Made by a program: the position numbers and the translations under genes
Part shown: piece by piece, positions 8,338 through 20,646 of the stretch
How the letters are laid out: each line of letters opens with the position of its first letter
Position numbering within the stretch: position 1 is the stretch's first letter
The notes under the pieces: model-generated
What the model was told of the DNA's origin: nothing
Database searches by the model: none
Seen by the model: only the letters and a program-made list of their open reading frames with translations
Assembly: GCA_945883435.1 (NCBI GenBank)
Contig: CAMCXK010000002.1
Location: forward strand, 4,051-68,050
Direction: 5' to 3'
Length of the DNA: 64,000 nucleotides
DNA from: Chthoniobacter flavus
GTDB taxonomy: Bacteria > Verrucomicrobiota > Verrucomicrobiia > Chthoniobacterales > Terrimicrobiaceae

Positions 8338-8874
8338 TTAGGGTTGTGCGGGCTCGGAAGGTGGCGCAGCCGGGGCTGGAGCCTCAACGGGCGTTTCGGA
8401 AGGTGTGATTGTCTCTGTCACGGTTTCCTCAACAACCATGGCTTCGGCCGCAGCAGGAGCAGCCGGCTCTTCCGAGGAAATCTCCGGAGTCGCAACGGGA
8501 GTGGGTTGGACAGACTCGGGGGTGGCAACTGGAGCGGGAGTGCTTTCGATGACCGGCTCGGGAGCAGGGGTGGAGGCCGGGACCACGGGCGCCGGTGCGG
8601 AAAGAAGTTCCTTTTGCACGGCGGTCTCGCGTGTGGACATCTTGGCCGTCAAGATTGACAGCAGCAGGGTGATCACGAAAAACGCGATTCCCATCCACGT
8701 GGTAAAGCGGGTCAAAACCTGAGTCGTTTGCGAACCAAAAACATTGTCGGTAATCCCTCCGCCAAAGGCCGAACCCAATCCTTCGCTTCGGGGCCTTTGC
8801 ATCAAAACAACGAGGACAAGCAAGGCACACACGAGAATGTGCAGCGTGATGAGAACAGGCATCAAGATAGACAT
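8338..8874 (-). CDS. secG: Preprotein translocase subunit SecG with a long Pro/Ala/Thr/Glu-rich C-terminal tail
   Basis: The N-terminal ~75 aa match the SecG pattern (two TM helices, LVVLMQRPRSEGLGSAFGGG loop). The remaining ~100 aa are low-complexity PAPE-type sequence. Confidence 0.8.
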   Translation of the reverse strand: MSILMPVLITLHILVCALLVLVVLMQRPRSEGLGSAFGGGITDNVFGSQTTQVLTRFTTWMGIAFFVITLLLSILTAKMSTRETAVQKELLSAPAPVVPASTPAPEPVIESTPAPVATPESVQPTPVATPEISSEEPAAPAAAEAMVVEETVTETITPSETPVEAPAPAAPPSEPAQP

Positions 8875-9018
8875 GGCAAGCCTGCAAGCTTAGCGGGAAG
8901 GATTCGGATCAGGCGAGTTCTTTTTGCTTCGAAACATGAACCCCGCATTGACTCCAATGAAAAGACACCAAGGGTGCTTTTGGCGTCAGCGGAAAATTTG
9001 AGACAACGCGGACGCGCC

Positions 9019-11580
9019 TTAGCCTTCCGGCAGTGTTTCGTCCTCCTCCTTGTCGCTGACAACGGGGGCGATGCCTTGGAGGACTTCGCCCGGGCGGAGG
9101 TCGATGAGCTTCACGCCTTGGGTGTTGCGGCCGGTTTCGCGGATTTCCTTGATGCGGGTGCGGACCATTTTGCCCTTGTTCGTGATGAGCATGAGTTCGT
9201 CCTCCTCGCGGACCGTGAGGGCTCCCGCGACTCCGCCGGTGCGACCGGTGGTCTTCATCGTAATGATGCCTTTGCCGCCGCGACCTTGAAGGCGGTATTC
9301 CTCGAAGCTGGTGCGTTTGCCAAGGCCGTTTTCCCCGGCAACTAGGAGTTGGCAGTCCTTGTTCACGATCGCGGCGCCGACGATGTAATCGCCCTTGTCG
9401 GGACGGATGCCCCAGACGCCGATGGTGTCGCGGGCCTGGTCTTTGACCTCCTCTTCGCTGAAGCGGATGCTCATGCCCTCGTGGGTGATCAGAACGATTT
9501 CGTCGTGGCCGGAGGTGAGTTTGCAATCGATCAGGCGGTCGTCCTCCTCGACGCGAATGGCGATGATGCCGCCCTTGCGGATATTTTTGAAATCGTTGAG
9601 GTTGGTCTTTTTGACAATCCCGCTGCGTGTGGCGAAGAGGATGTGGAGATTTTCATTCCAGGTTTCCTCGGGGGTTTTCTGGCCTTGGATGCGAATGGTG
9701 GCGGCGATTTTCTCGTCCTGCTTGAGTTCAAGAAGATTGGCGATCGAGCGGCCCTTGCTGGCACGGGAGCCCTCGGGAATTTCATACACGCGCTCCACGT
9801 AGCAGCGGCCCGCCGTGGTGAAAAACATGAGGTAGTCGTGCGTGGTGGCGGTGAAGAGATACTCGACGAAGTCGCTGTCCTCCTCTTTCTCGGCTTCGCG
9901 GGCGGTCATGCCGATGACCCCCTTGCCGCCGCGGCGCTGGGCGCGAAAGGCGCTCACAAGCGTGCGTTTGATAAAGCCGTTGTGGGTGAGCGTGACGATG
10001 ACCCCCTCGTTGGCGATGAGGTCCTCGATGGCGAGTTCGCCTTCTTCGGGCACGATCTGGGTGCGGCGCGGAGTGGCGTATTTTTTTTGGATTTCGCGCA
10101 GTTCGTTTTTGATGATCGTGAGAACGCGCTTTTCCTTCGCGAGGATGTCCATGAGGTCCTTGATTTTTTCGATCAAGGCGTCGTATTCGGCTTTGATGCT
10201 GTCGCGTTCGAGTCCGGTGAGTTGATACAGGCGGAGATCGAGGATGTGGCCGACTTGTTTGTCGGTGAATTTGTATTTTCCATCGGCGATGCGGGCTTCG
10301 CTTCGGATGAGGATGCCGATTTGCTCCACTGCCTTGCGGGTCCAGGAGAGGGCGAGCAGCTTTTCCTTGGCTTCGTCGCGGTCCTTCGAGTCGCGGATGA
10401 TTTTGATGAAGTCGTCGAGGTTTGCGAGGGCGATGAGATAGCCTTCGAGCTTTTCGCAATCGACCTCGGCTTCGTTGAGAAGAAAGCGGGTGCGGCGGAG
10501 AATGACCTCGCGGCGATGCTCGATGTAGCAGGTGATCGCCTCCTTGAGGGAGAGAAGCTTCGGCTTGCCGCGGTCGATGGCCAGCATGTTGGTGCTGAAC
10601 GAAGATTCCAGCGCGGTGTGCTTGTAAAGATTGTTGATGATGACCTTCGGGTTGCCGTCGCGCTTGAGTTCGATGACCACGCGGGTGTCCTCTGCCGACT
10701 CGTCGCGCACATCGCTGATGCCGGTGAGGATTTTTTCCGTGACGAGTTCGGCAATGCGTTTCACCAACTCGGCGCGGTTGACGTTGAAGGGGATTTCGGT
10801 CACGACGATCGACTCGCGTCCGCCCTTGCCCTCCTCGACGCCGATGCGTCCCCGCACGCGCACCGAACCTCGTCCCGTCTGGAAATAGGAGCGAATGCCT
10901 CCGCTGCCTTGGATAAGACAGCCGGTCGGGAAATCGGGGCCCTTCACGTGCGTCATGAGGCCATCGATCGTGATATCGGGGTCGTCGATCTGGGCACAGA
11001 TCGCGTCGATGCATTCCCCGAGGTTGTGGGGCGGCATGTTGGTCGCCATACCCACCGCGATGCCGGTGCCGCCATTGACGAGGAGGTTCGGAAAGGCCGC
11101 CGGGAAAACAGTTGGTTCCTCGCTTTTCTCGTCGTAGGTCGCCACAAAATCGACCGTTCCGAGATTCATATCCGTCATCAGCGAAGCTCCGAGATGGTCG
11201 AGGCGGGCCTCGGTGTAACGCATGGACGCCGGCGGGTCGCCATCGACGGAACCGAAGTTTCCTTGGCTTTGGACAAGGGTGTCGCGCATCGCCCATGGCT
11301 GGGCCATGTGAACGAGAGTCGGGTAAATCGCCTGGTCACCGTGGGGGTGGTAGTTACCCATGGTTTCACCCACGATTTTGGCGCATTTCACGAAGGCGCG
11401 GGTCGGGAGCACGCCGAGGGTCTGCATTGCGTAGAGAATGCGCCGCTGGGAGGGCTTGAGACCGTCACGGGCATCCGGCAAAGCGCGGGAGACGATGACC
11501 GACATCGAGTAGTCGAGGAAGGATTTCGACATCTCGTTGGCGACGTTCACGAGTTCGACTTTTTCGTTTTGGGTATACAT
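9019..11580 (-). CDS. gyrA: DNA gyrase subunit A
   Basis: 853 aa. [33 protein letters not shown], the active-site region AAMRYTE-like ([10 protein letters not shown]) and a C-terminal beta-pinwheel repeat region. Confidence 0.97.
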   Translation of the reverse strand: MYTQNEKVELVNVANEMSKSFLDYSMSVIVSRALPDARDGLKPSQRRILYAMQTLGVLPTRAFVKCAKIVGETMGNYHPHGDQAIYPTLVHMAQPWAMRDTLVQSQGNFGSVDGDPPASMRYTEARLDHLGASLMTDMNLGTVDFVATYDEKSEEPTVFPAAFPNLLVNGGTGIAVGMATNMPPHNLGECIDAICAQIDDPDITIDGLMTHVKGPDFPTGCLIQGSGGIRSYFQTGRGSVRVRGRIGVEEGKGGRESIVVTEIPFNVNRAELVKRIAELVTEKILTGISDVRDESAEDTRVVIELKRDGNPKVIINNLYKHTALESSFSTNMLAIDRGKPKLLSLKEAITCYIEHRREVILRRTRFLLNEAEVDCEKLEGYLIALANLDDFIKIIRDSKDRDEAKEKLLALSWTRKAVEQIGILIRSEARIADGKYKFTDKQVGHILDLRLYQLTGLERDSIKAEYDALIEKIKDLMDILAKEKRVLTIIKNELREIQKKYATPRRTQIVPEEGELAIEDLIANEGVIVTLTHNGFIKRTLVSAFRAQRRGGKGVIGMTAREAEKEEDSDFVEYLFTATTHDYLMFFTTAGRCYVERVYEIPEGSRASKGRSIANLLELKQDEKIAATIRIQGQKTPEETWNENLHILFATRSGIVKKTNLNDFKNIRKGGIIAIRVEEDDRLIDCKLTSGHDEIVLITHEGMSIRFSEEEVKDQARDTIGVWGIRPDKGDYIVGAAIVNKDCQLLVAGENGLGKRTSFEEYRLQGRGGKGIITMKTTGRTGGVAGALTVREEDELMLITNKGKMVRTRIKEIRETGRNTQGVKLIDLRPGEVLQGIAPVVSDKEEDETLPEG

Positions 11581-11743
11581 GGGTGACGGGCGGTTGGGTT
11601 AGGAAAGAAGGGTTTCGGGGAAGACGGGCAGGCCGGTTTTTTGGGTGGCCGACCGCGGTTTCTTGCAAAAATGGCGTTGTTTGGTCCTCGATTCCGTCGA
11701 AGTCATGAACGGTCTTTTTTGTGACCTCACGGAGTCGCGAAGG

Positions 11744-14338
<2,595 letters not shown>

Positions 14339-14426
14339 TCAACCATGGGTATTTTCGCGGGAGGCGACAAGATTTTTCTCGTCAGTGCCACAGCCTATTG
14401 GGATAGAGGCAAGGCTACTCCACAAC

Positions 14427-16004
14427 ATGTTGAATGTGCCCGCTTCGATTGCCAAATTCGCTTCCGGGATAGTCCCGTGGGTTTGGCTTGGACTGGTGGC
14501 GTGTATTTTCTTTGCAGCAGCTACTTGGAAACGTGACACCTGCTTTCGTGATGGAGCAGTTTATTTTACGGATGGAGACTGCTACGCGCGCATGAACCGG
14601 GTGCGGGAGCTGGATCGGGCTGGATGGAAGCCGGTCTTGTATCACGCGTGGGAAAACCACCCGTCCGGAGTGTGGACGCATACGACCATGCCGATGGACG
14701 CCGGTATTTTTCTGTTGGCACGGTTTTTTCGCGGACCGGAGGCATTGAGTTTCGCCGGGGCCTGGGTATCGCCGATACTGGGACTTTTCCTGATCGGGTT
14801 GCTGGGCGCCTGGCTGATCCGGGGACGTCAGCCGGGTTGGTATGTGGCTCTCTTGTTGGCGGCGGTTTCACCGGTTTGGGCGCATGGATTTGCGGTCGGG
14901 CGCCCGGACCACCAGAGTTTGTTGCTGCTCATGGCGGGGGCCGCCGGGATCGCCCAGGTGGAAGCCTTGCGGCGGCGGAGCGCCTGCTGGCATGGCATGG
15001 CGGGCTTGCTGTGGGCATTGGCGTGCTGGGTGTCGCTTTTCGAGCCGCTCATCCTATGCGCAGCCACGGGAGTGTTTCTGCTCATGCGGGCGCTGGGGAG
15101 CCGCATGGCGGGGGATTGGAAAAATGCGGGGGTCGAAGCGCTCGTTTTCGGCACGGTCTTTGCCATGTGGTTCTTCGTTGACGGGCGGTGGCCGGCAGCT
15201 TTTCCAGACGGATTCGATCTTTGGGCGCGAACCATCGGGGAATTGCAGCCGGCGGGCATGGCCGGGTTGACGGCGTGGGCGGGATGGTTTGCGCTGTTCG
15301 TGCCCGCAGGTGCGTGGTGGAGTGTGCGGCGGGGTGGCGGGGTGGTCCCGGCCTATCTGGCGTTGATGGCCACCGGCTTGGGCATGGCGGCGTTTTTGCA
15401 AGCGCGATGGGGATACTTTTTCGTCTTGGCCGTTGTCATGGCGACGCCATTCGCGGGGGTCCTTTTCCGAAATCGGCTGGTGGCGCTGGTGGTGGTGGTC
15501 GCTGGTTTCTGGCCGATTGCGGCGGAGTGGGAGCGGATGCTCTATCCCCCGGTTGAGGCCCAGCGAGGGCGGGCGGAAAATGTGGCCGAGGCGAGAGAGG
15601 TCCGGCAAGCGGCTCTGGAACTGGCCAAGCGACCTGCGGGGGCGGTGGCGGCCCCCTGGTGGGTTTGTCCGGCTATTACGTGGTGGAGCGGCTTTCCTTG
15701 CACCGCGGGAACCTCGCATCAAAGCCTTCCCGGAACACGCGCGACGATGGCGTTTTTTTTGGAGGATGATCGAATGGGTGAGCGGGAGTTTCTGGAATCG
15801 CGCGGTGCAAGGTATGTCCTGGCGTGCGATCCGGCCCGGGTGGTTGGAAATGCGGAGGAGATACTGGGGGTTCAAGCAACCCGGGACGCACTGGCCTGGC
15901 GGCTTTTCAAAGACGGGAGCGGACTTTCCCCGATCGCGGTCGGTGAGTGGGTGAGGACCTTCGAGGTCCCGGGGGGAAGCGCGCAGCCGTCTAGCGGGAT
16001 GTGA
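14427..16004 (+). CDS. Polytopic membrane protein, GT-C fold glycosyltransferase-like (STT3/AglB-like features)
   Basis: 525 aa after trimming to the ATG at 14427. About 11-13 hydrophobic helices. First-loop motif FTDGDCYARMNRV (nt 14571-14579 = DGD), then GRPDH, and a post-TM segment PWWVCPAITWWSG (15657-15671) resembling WWDYG. Family call is by eye only. Confidence 0.6.
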   Translation: MLNVPASIAKFASGIVPWVWLGLVACIFFAAATWKRDTCFRDGAVYFTDGDCYARMNRVRELDRAGWKPVLYHAWENHPSGVWTHTTMPMDAGIFLLARFFRGPEALSFAGAWVSPILGLFLIGLLGAWLIRGRQPGWYVALLLAAVSPVWAHGFAVGRPDHQSLLLLMAGAAGIAQVEALRRRSACWHGMAGLLWALACWVSLFEPLILCAATGVFLLMRALGSRMAGDWKNAGVEALVFGTVFAMWFFVDGRWPAAFPDGFDLWARTIGELQPAGMAGLTAWAGWFALFVPAGAWWSVRRGGGVVPAYLALMATGLGMAAFLQARWGYFFVLAVVMATPFAGVLFRNRLVALVVVVAGFWPIAAEWERMLYPPVEAQRGRAENVAEAREVRQAALELAKRPAGAVAAPWWVCPAITWWSGFPCTAGTSHQSLPGTRATMAFFLEDDRMGEREFLESRGARYVLACDPARVVGNAEEILGVQATRDALAWRLFKDGSGLSPIAVGEWVRTFEVPGGSAQPSSGM

Positions 16005-16674
16005 TTCCCGGTTCGGTGAGCTTTTTAATAACGGTGGTGAGATAAACCGCCTCGTGGTGAAGACCGCGGTATTTTGTGATCTCCCGCTTTTCGACAACCT
16101 GGAATCCAAAGCGCTCGAGAAGACGGGCCCCGCGCCGCGATTCGAAGGTCACGATTTGCCCGAAGACCTCCTTTTCGCCTTTCGAACGCAGGAAGTCGAA
16201 ATACATGTCGGCCATTTTCTGGGTGTTTGAGATTCCCTGGGCCTCGGGGAGGACATTGAAATGAAAATGGGCCGTCCTGCGAGGAGCGGCGGGCACCTCC
16301 CGCCATGAGTTTTGAAGAATCCACTGCACAAACCGGCGGCTTGCCGCATTGTATCGGGGATAACGCCACAACCCCCGGGCGAAGAGGCTGATGTTGTGGA
16401 AAAACGAGTGGAGTTGCTGGCGGAAGGGACGTCTGGACCCCAGCAGATAGCCCTTTACCACGCCATTTTGCTCCAGCACAAACGCCGCCTCGGGCTCCAC
16501 ATCGGTGTAGTAGGAGGTCAGATAATCGGCGAACAACTCGCGGTCCTCGAAAACGGGGTCGATGGGCTTCCCCAAAAACCCGGTTTCGCAGCAGAGTCGC
16601 CGCACGGCCTCGCGGTCGCCCGGGGAGAATGGTCGAATATGAATGTCGGAGGATTTGCTCAACGGATGTGGCAA
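15991..16674 (-). CDS. GNAT family N-acetyltransferase
   Basis: 227 aa with an acetyl-CoA binding-type core (ARGLWRY..., GQIVTFESRRGARLLERFGF). Its 3' end overlaps the convergent membrane-protein gene by 14 nt. Confidence 0.75.
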   Translation of the reverse strand: MPHPLSKSSDIHIRPFSPGDREAVRRLCCETGFLGKPIDPVFEDRELFADYLTSYYTDVEPEAAFVLEQNGVVKGYLLGSRRPFRQQLHSFFHNISLFARGLWRYPRYNAASRRFVQWILQNSWREVPAAPRRTAHFHFNVLPEAQGISNTQKMADMYFDFLRSKGEKEVFGQIVTFESRRGARLLERFGFQVVEKREITKYRGLHHEAVYLTTVIKKLTEPGITSR

Positions 16675-16701
16675 TAAAAAAAGAGTGGCGTGGAAGACAA
16701 C

Positions 16702-16735
16702 AAAAAAGGGCCGTTATCGCAACAACGGCCCTTTT
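16702..16735 (-). terminator. Rho-independent terminator downstream of rpsI (bidirectional architecture)
   Basis: 8-bp GC-rich stem GGGCCGTT (16708-16715) / AACGGCCC (16724-16731) with an 8-nt loop. Flanked by an A6 run (16702-16707) and T4 (16732-16735). On the minus-strand transcript the stem is followed by UUUUUUG. Confidence 0.65.
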
Positions 16736-16755
16736 CCAGTGAGAGGGAAGAGAGA

Positions 16756-17151
16756 TTAGCGTTTCGAGAATTGGAAGCGCTTGCGGGCACCGGGTTGGCC
16801 GGGTTTCTTACGCTCTTTCATTCGAGGATCGCGGGTCAGGAGTCCTTCCTGCTTCAGCGGAGCGCGAAGGGCCTCATCCACCTCCAGAAGTGCGCGACTC
16901 AAAGCAAGCCGCATCGCTCCCGCCTGGCCGTTGATGCCCCCGCCGACCGCCTTGACAGTCACGTCGTAATTGTGAACGGCGTTCGCAATTTCCAGCGGGC
17001 GGAGAATTTGGTTTTGGAGCGAGAGACTGCCGAAGTAGTCGGTGAAGTCGCGTCCGTTGACTTTGATGGCGCCAGTGCCGGGGAGCATTTTCAGGCTGGC
17101 GACGGAAGTCTTGCGACGACCGGTGGCTTGGATCGGATGGGATGAACTCAT
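16756..17151 (-). CDS. rpsI: 30S ribosomal protein S9
   Basis: 131 aa ending in the family-typical GQPGARKRFQFSKR. Immediately downstream of rplM. Confidence 0.95.
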   Translation of the reverse strand: MSSSHPIQATGRRKTSVASLKMLPGTGAIKVNGRDFTDYFGSLSLQNQILRPLEIANAVHNYDVTVKAVGGGINGQAGAMRLALSRALLEVDEALRAPLKQEGLLTRDPRMKERKKPGQPGARKRFQFSKR

Positions 17152-17159
17152 GAGAGGAT

Positions 17160-17594
17160 TCAGGCGGGTTGGGGATTTTGTGCCGTGTGTGGGTGTTCAC
17201 TGCCGGCATAGACTTTAAGCTTGCCGTAGAGGGCGCGGCCGAGGCGGTTGTGCGGAATCATGCCGCGGACCGCCCGTTCGATCAGCAATTCCGGGCGGCG
17301 TTCGCGGCGCGCGCGGAAAGTTTCCGATTTGTGGCCGCCGACGAAGCCCGAAAAGCTCATGTAGGTCTTCGCGATTTCTTTTTTGCCGCCGATCGCGACT
17401 TTCGAGGCATTGAGCACCACCACGAAGTCCCCGGTGTCGACATGGGGAGTGAAGATCGTTTTGTTTTTTCCACGAAGCAGGTTGGCGGCCTTGACCGCAA
17501 CGCGCCCGAGGGGCTGGCCGGCGGCGTCGATCACCCACCAGTTGCGCTTCACCTCTTCGGATTTGGCTGAGTATGTTTTCATCGGATTTGTCAA
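17160..17594 (-). CDS. rplM: 50S ribosomal protein L13
   Basis: 144 aa. WWVIDAAGQPLGRVAVKAANLLRGKNK and YGKLKVYAG are typical of L13. Confidence 0.95.
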   Translation of the reverse strand: MTNPMKTYSAKSEEVKRNWWVIDAAGQPLGRVAVKAANLLRGKNKTIFTPHVDTGDFVVVLNASKVAIGGKKEIAKTYMSFSGFVGGHKSETFRARRERRPELLIERAVRGMIPHNRLGRALYGKLKVYAGSEHPHTAQNPQPA

Positions 17595-17651
17595 AAGGAG
17601 CCGAGCAGAATGATCCTCTGCCCGGCGGGTGTCAATTCCCGAATCGGGAAA
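17595..17651 (-). promoter_or_regulatory. rplM upstream region: short hairpin after the MCP stop, followed by a TTGACA box
   Basis: On the minus strand: TTCCCGATTCGGGAA (17636-17650, 6-bp stem, 3-nt loop), then TTGACA (17630-17635), with a poor -10 candidate CATTCT 17 nt downstream. Weak. Confidence 0.25.
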
Positions 17652-19370
17652 TCATTCTTCATCCACAAACTCGTCGTCGGCTGCGGATTTGGCCTTGGGA
17701 GAGTTCAGGGGAAGGCGACTGGCTGCGGAGAGCGAACCGGCCCGGTTTTTCTTGGGCGATTTGGACCCGGGGGCCGATGCTTGGAAGAAAAACTCCTCGT
17801 GCGAGCCGCCGGAGACTTTCATTTGAGTCTCGACCTTGCCTGTCACCATGGAGCGCAGGTCCGCCACCATTTCGTGAAGGAGCGAGGCTTGCGAACGGAG
17901 TTGCTCGGAGGCGCTGGCGCTCTCCTCGGCTGCTGCGGCGTTGCTTTGGGTAACAACGTCCAGCTGGTTGACCGAAGTGTTGATGAGCGTGACACCTTGG
18001 CTTTGCTCTTGGGATGCGAGCGAAATCTGTCCCACGATGTCATCCACTTCGCGCGCCTTGGAGACGATTGCGGTGAGTCCCTCCGCAACCTGCCGGCTGA
18101 TTTCGCTTCCAGCCCGGCTTTTCACAATCGACTCCTCGATGATCTCGGCGGTTTCCTTCGCCGCATCCGCGCTGCGGCGGGCGAGGTTGCGCACCTCATC
18201 GGCCACGACGGCAAATCCAAGCCCCGCCTCACCGGCGCGGGCCGCTTCCACTGCGGCGTTGAGGGCGAGGATATTTGTTTGAAAGGCGATCTCGTCGATC
18301 GTGCGAATGATCTTTGCGATTTTGTCACCGGACTTGTGGATTTCGGACATCGCCGAAATCATGTTTTCCATGTCCGCGAGACCGCTCTCCGCCGCCACGC
18401 GGGCTTCATGGGAGAATGTCTTGGCTTGCTGGGCGTTTTCGGCGTTTCGCTTGGTGACTGTTGCGATTTCCTCCAATGAGGAACTTGTCTCTTCCAGCGA
18501 GGCTGCCTGCTCGCTGGCTCCCTCGGCCAGGCGCTGACTGGAGGACGAAACCTGGCCCGACGCCGCGGCGAGTTGCTGGGATCCATTTTCCAGATGGTCG
18601 GTTGTGGCATTCAGGCGCTTGTTCATTCGCATCACAATGCCAATGGAAAGAGCCAGAATGAGGCCAGCGGAGGGGATCGTCCAAGTGACCGCATTCAGCA
18701 TGCCTTGGCGAACCGGATCGTCCACACGGCTTACAGGGACTGTCAGGATGTATGCCCCGCGCTTGTCGCCGGGTTTCCAGTTCTCCATTTGAAAGCCGAG
18801 GAGGTCCTTGCCGTCGCCCGTGGGGCTCTTGGCGGGATTGCCGTGGCAGGACATGCAACTTTCGGACATGACCACTGGCCGCGCGTAGGCGATCAGGCCG
18901 CTTTTGCGGTCCTCAACGAAAGCAAAAGGCTTCCCGTCCTTTTCAACAGCTTGGAGGAGTTGGCGGTCGAGGTCGGTTTGAGGTTCGTTTTCCTTGTTGC
19001 GGGGATTGTCGCGGATGATACGGAACTCGATGGGGGTTCCTTTGATCGCGGCGCGCACGGCATCCCATGCCGCCACTACGGGCACAGTCTGATAAAAAAC
19101 CGTCTGTTTGTAATTTTCCTTGCCTTTGGCTTCGAGTTCCTGAGCAAGTTCAGCGTAGTTGAAAGCGCCGGCTTGGGCAAGTTGGCCGATCGAGTCGGTT
19201 GTGCTCTCCGCCTGCACGAGGATGGATCGCATCTCCTCCTCCACATCGTGCAGAACGATGTGTTGGGTGCGATTGTAGATCACCCAGAGCGAGACTCCGA
19301 GTGTCAGCAAAATTGCGAGGCCGACCGTCATCAGGATTTTTCCGCCAAGGGAGGAGAAGAAATGTTTCAT
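17652..19370 (-). CDS. Methyl-accepting chemotaxis protein with a periplasmic CxxCH (heme-c) sensor domain
   Basis: 572 aa after trimming to the ATG at 19368-19370, which is preceded by GAGGTGG. Layout is TM1, a ~180-aa periplasmic domain containing CMSCH (nt 18843-18857), TM2, HAMP, then the signalling domain [37 protein letters not shown]. Confidence 0.9.
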   Translation of the reverse strand: MKHFFSSLGGKILMTVGLAILLTLGVSLWVIYNRTQHIVLHDVEEEMRSILVQAESTTDSIGQLAQAGAFNYAELAQELEAKGKENYKQTVFYQTVPVVAAWDAVRAAIKGTPIEFRIIRDNPRNKENEPQTDLDRQLLQAVEKDGKPFAFVEDRKSGLIAYARPVVMSESCMSCHGNPAKSPTGDGKDLLGFQMENWKPGDKRGAYILTVPVSRVDDPVRQGMLNAVTWTIPSAGLILALSIGIVMRMNKRLNATTDHLENGSQQLAAASGQVSSSSQRLAEGASEQAASLEETSSSLEEIATVTKRNAENAQQAKTFSHEARVAAESGLADMENMISAMSEIHKSGDKIAKIIRTIDEIAFQTNILALNAAVEAARAGEAGLGFAVVADEVRNLARRSADAAKETAEIIEESIVKSRAGSEISRQVAEGLTAIVSKAREVDDIVGQISLASQEQSQGVTLINTSVNQLDVVTQSNAAAAEESASASEQLRSQASLLHEMVADLRSMVTGKVETQMKVSGGSHEEFFFQASAPGSKSPKKNRAGSLSAASRLPLNSPKAKSAADDEFVDEE

Positions 19371-19494
19371 ACCACCTCGGGGCGTAACGAATCCGGGACG
19401 GGAAGAAAAGGGAAATTCCACAATTCCGCGACGCAGCCCGGCGTGACTGGAAATCGCGGTTGCCCTGCACCAGCGCGTCGACCAACCTGCAGGG

Positions 19495-19986
19495 ATGAAG
19501 GCATCATTTGTTTCAATCTTCTTGTTCGCCGGGGCGTCTCTCCTCGTGGCCCAGTCCGAACCCTCGAAAAAAAGGCTGGTTTTTCCGGAAGCGGGAACAG
19601 CCCCCGCCCGCGCGGTGGCGGGCCCGTCCGAGATTCTGAAACCATTCTTTGATTTGTTGAAAATGGATAAAATCAGCGAGGCTTACGAATCGCTCGGTAA
19701 AAGCTCGGTGATCGCCTCAAAGGCAGAAAATCTCCAGCAACTCGAGGCGCGCACACGCGATGCCATCGACAATTTCGGTCCGATCGCGGGATTCGAGCGG
19801 GTTGATTCCCTGGCGGTCGGAGAATCGCTTCTTCGCGAGACCTACCTTTCCTTGAATGCGGATCTGCCATTGAGGTGGCGGTTTTACTTTTACCGCGTGG
19901 ACGGCCAGTGGCGTGTGGTGGACTTGCGTGTGGACGATGGAATCGTGGAATTGTTTGAGGAAGCGGCCCGTCAAAAGCGGAAGTAG
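19495..19986 (+). CDS. Secreted hypothetical protein (signal peptide, possibly NTF2-like fold)
   Basis: 163 aa. N-terminal [21 protein letters not shown] signal-like sequence. Lower GC than its neighbours (42-50% in the two rows counted). No recognisable catalytic motif. Confidence 0.6.
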   Translation: MKASFVSIFLFAGASLLVAQSEPSKKRLVFPEAGTAPARAVAGPSEILKPFFDLLKMDKISEAYESLGKSSVIASKAENLQQLEARTRDAIDNFGPIAGFERVDSLAVGESLLRETYLSLNADLPLRWRFYFYRVDGQWRVVDLRVDDGIVELFEEAARQKRK

Positions 19987-20055
19987 GATTCCTGCCACGC
20001 GGACAAGCGGTTCACCGGGCTTTTCAAGCCCATCCCGTTCTGATTGGATATTCAG

Positions 20056-20646
20056 ATGACGCGCAGTGCATCGATCGAACGTTCCACCTCGGAGACCCGC
20101 ATCCGGCTGGAATTGAATCTGGACGGCGACGGAAGCAGCCGTATCGCAACCGGGATTGGATTTTTCGACCATATGCTGACCTTGTTCGCCAAGCATGGTT
20201 TGATGACCCTTGATCTGAAAGCCGAGGGCGACACGCATGTTGATTTCCATCACACGGTGGAAGACACGGGAATTGCGCTTGGCCAGGCACTTTCGAAGGC
20301 TCTGGGGGATAAATCCGGCATCCGGCGTTATGGCTTTGCATATGTTCCCATGGACGAGGCACTGGTAAGGGTGGTGCTTGATTTAAGCGGGCGGCCCTTT
20401 CTTGCCTACCATGCGCCGGCCGGGGTGGCTTCGATCGGAGGAAACTTCGAGTTCCAACTCGTGGAGGAGTTCCTGCGCGCGGTCAGCGTGCATGGCGGGA
20501 TGAATTTGCATGTGGACATCCTTGCCGGGCGGGATGCCCACCACATGGCAGAAGGGGTTTTCAAGGCACTGGCACGGTCATTGGAACAGGCGGTTTCCGT
20601 TGATGCGCGGGTGAGGGGAGTTCCAAGCACCAAGGGATGCCTGTGA
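20056..20646 (+). CDS. hisB: Imidazoleglycerol-phosphate dehydratase
   Basis: RSTSETRIRLELNLDG, GIGFFDHMLTLFAKHG, HHTVEDTGIALG, DAHHMAEGVFKALAR. Start trimmed to the ATG at 20056; the track ORF begins at a TTG at 20044. Confidence 0.92.
   Translation: MTRSASIERSTSETRIRLELNLDGDGSSRIATGIGFFDHMLTLFAKHGLMTLDLKAEGDTHVDFHHTVEDTGIALGQALSKALGDKSGIRRYGFAYVPMDEALVRVVLDLSGRPFLAYHAPAGVASIGGNFEFQLVEEFLRAVSVHGGMNLHVDILAGRDAHHMAEGVFKALARSLEQAVSVDARVRGVPSTKGCL

Noticed and set aside
8338-8620. Possible tandem-repeat or array-like structure in the secG 3' half
   Set aside because: At the nucleotide level there are only short imperfect repeats encoding PAPE-type low complexity. There is no regular repeat/spacer periodicity, so this is not a CRISPR or VNTR-like array.
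9349-11586. 745-aa ORF on the + strand covering almost all of gyrA
   Set aside because: It is in the codon-aligned antisense register of gyrA: (11580-9349) mod 3 = 2, so each triplet is the reverse complement of a gyrA codon. Stops in that frame need the sense codons TTA, CTA or TCA, which this high-GC3 genome avoids. The translation is low-complexity G/D/V/A/E/H/R/L-rich with no motifs. The gyrA call on the other strand is unambiguous.
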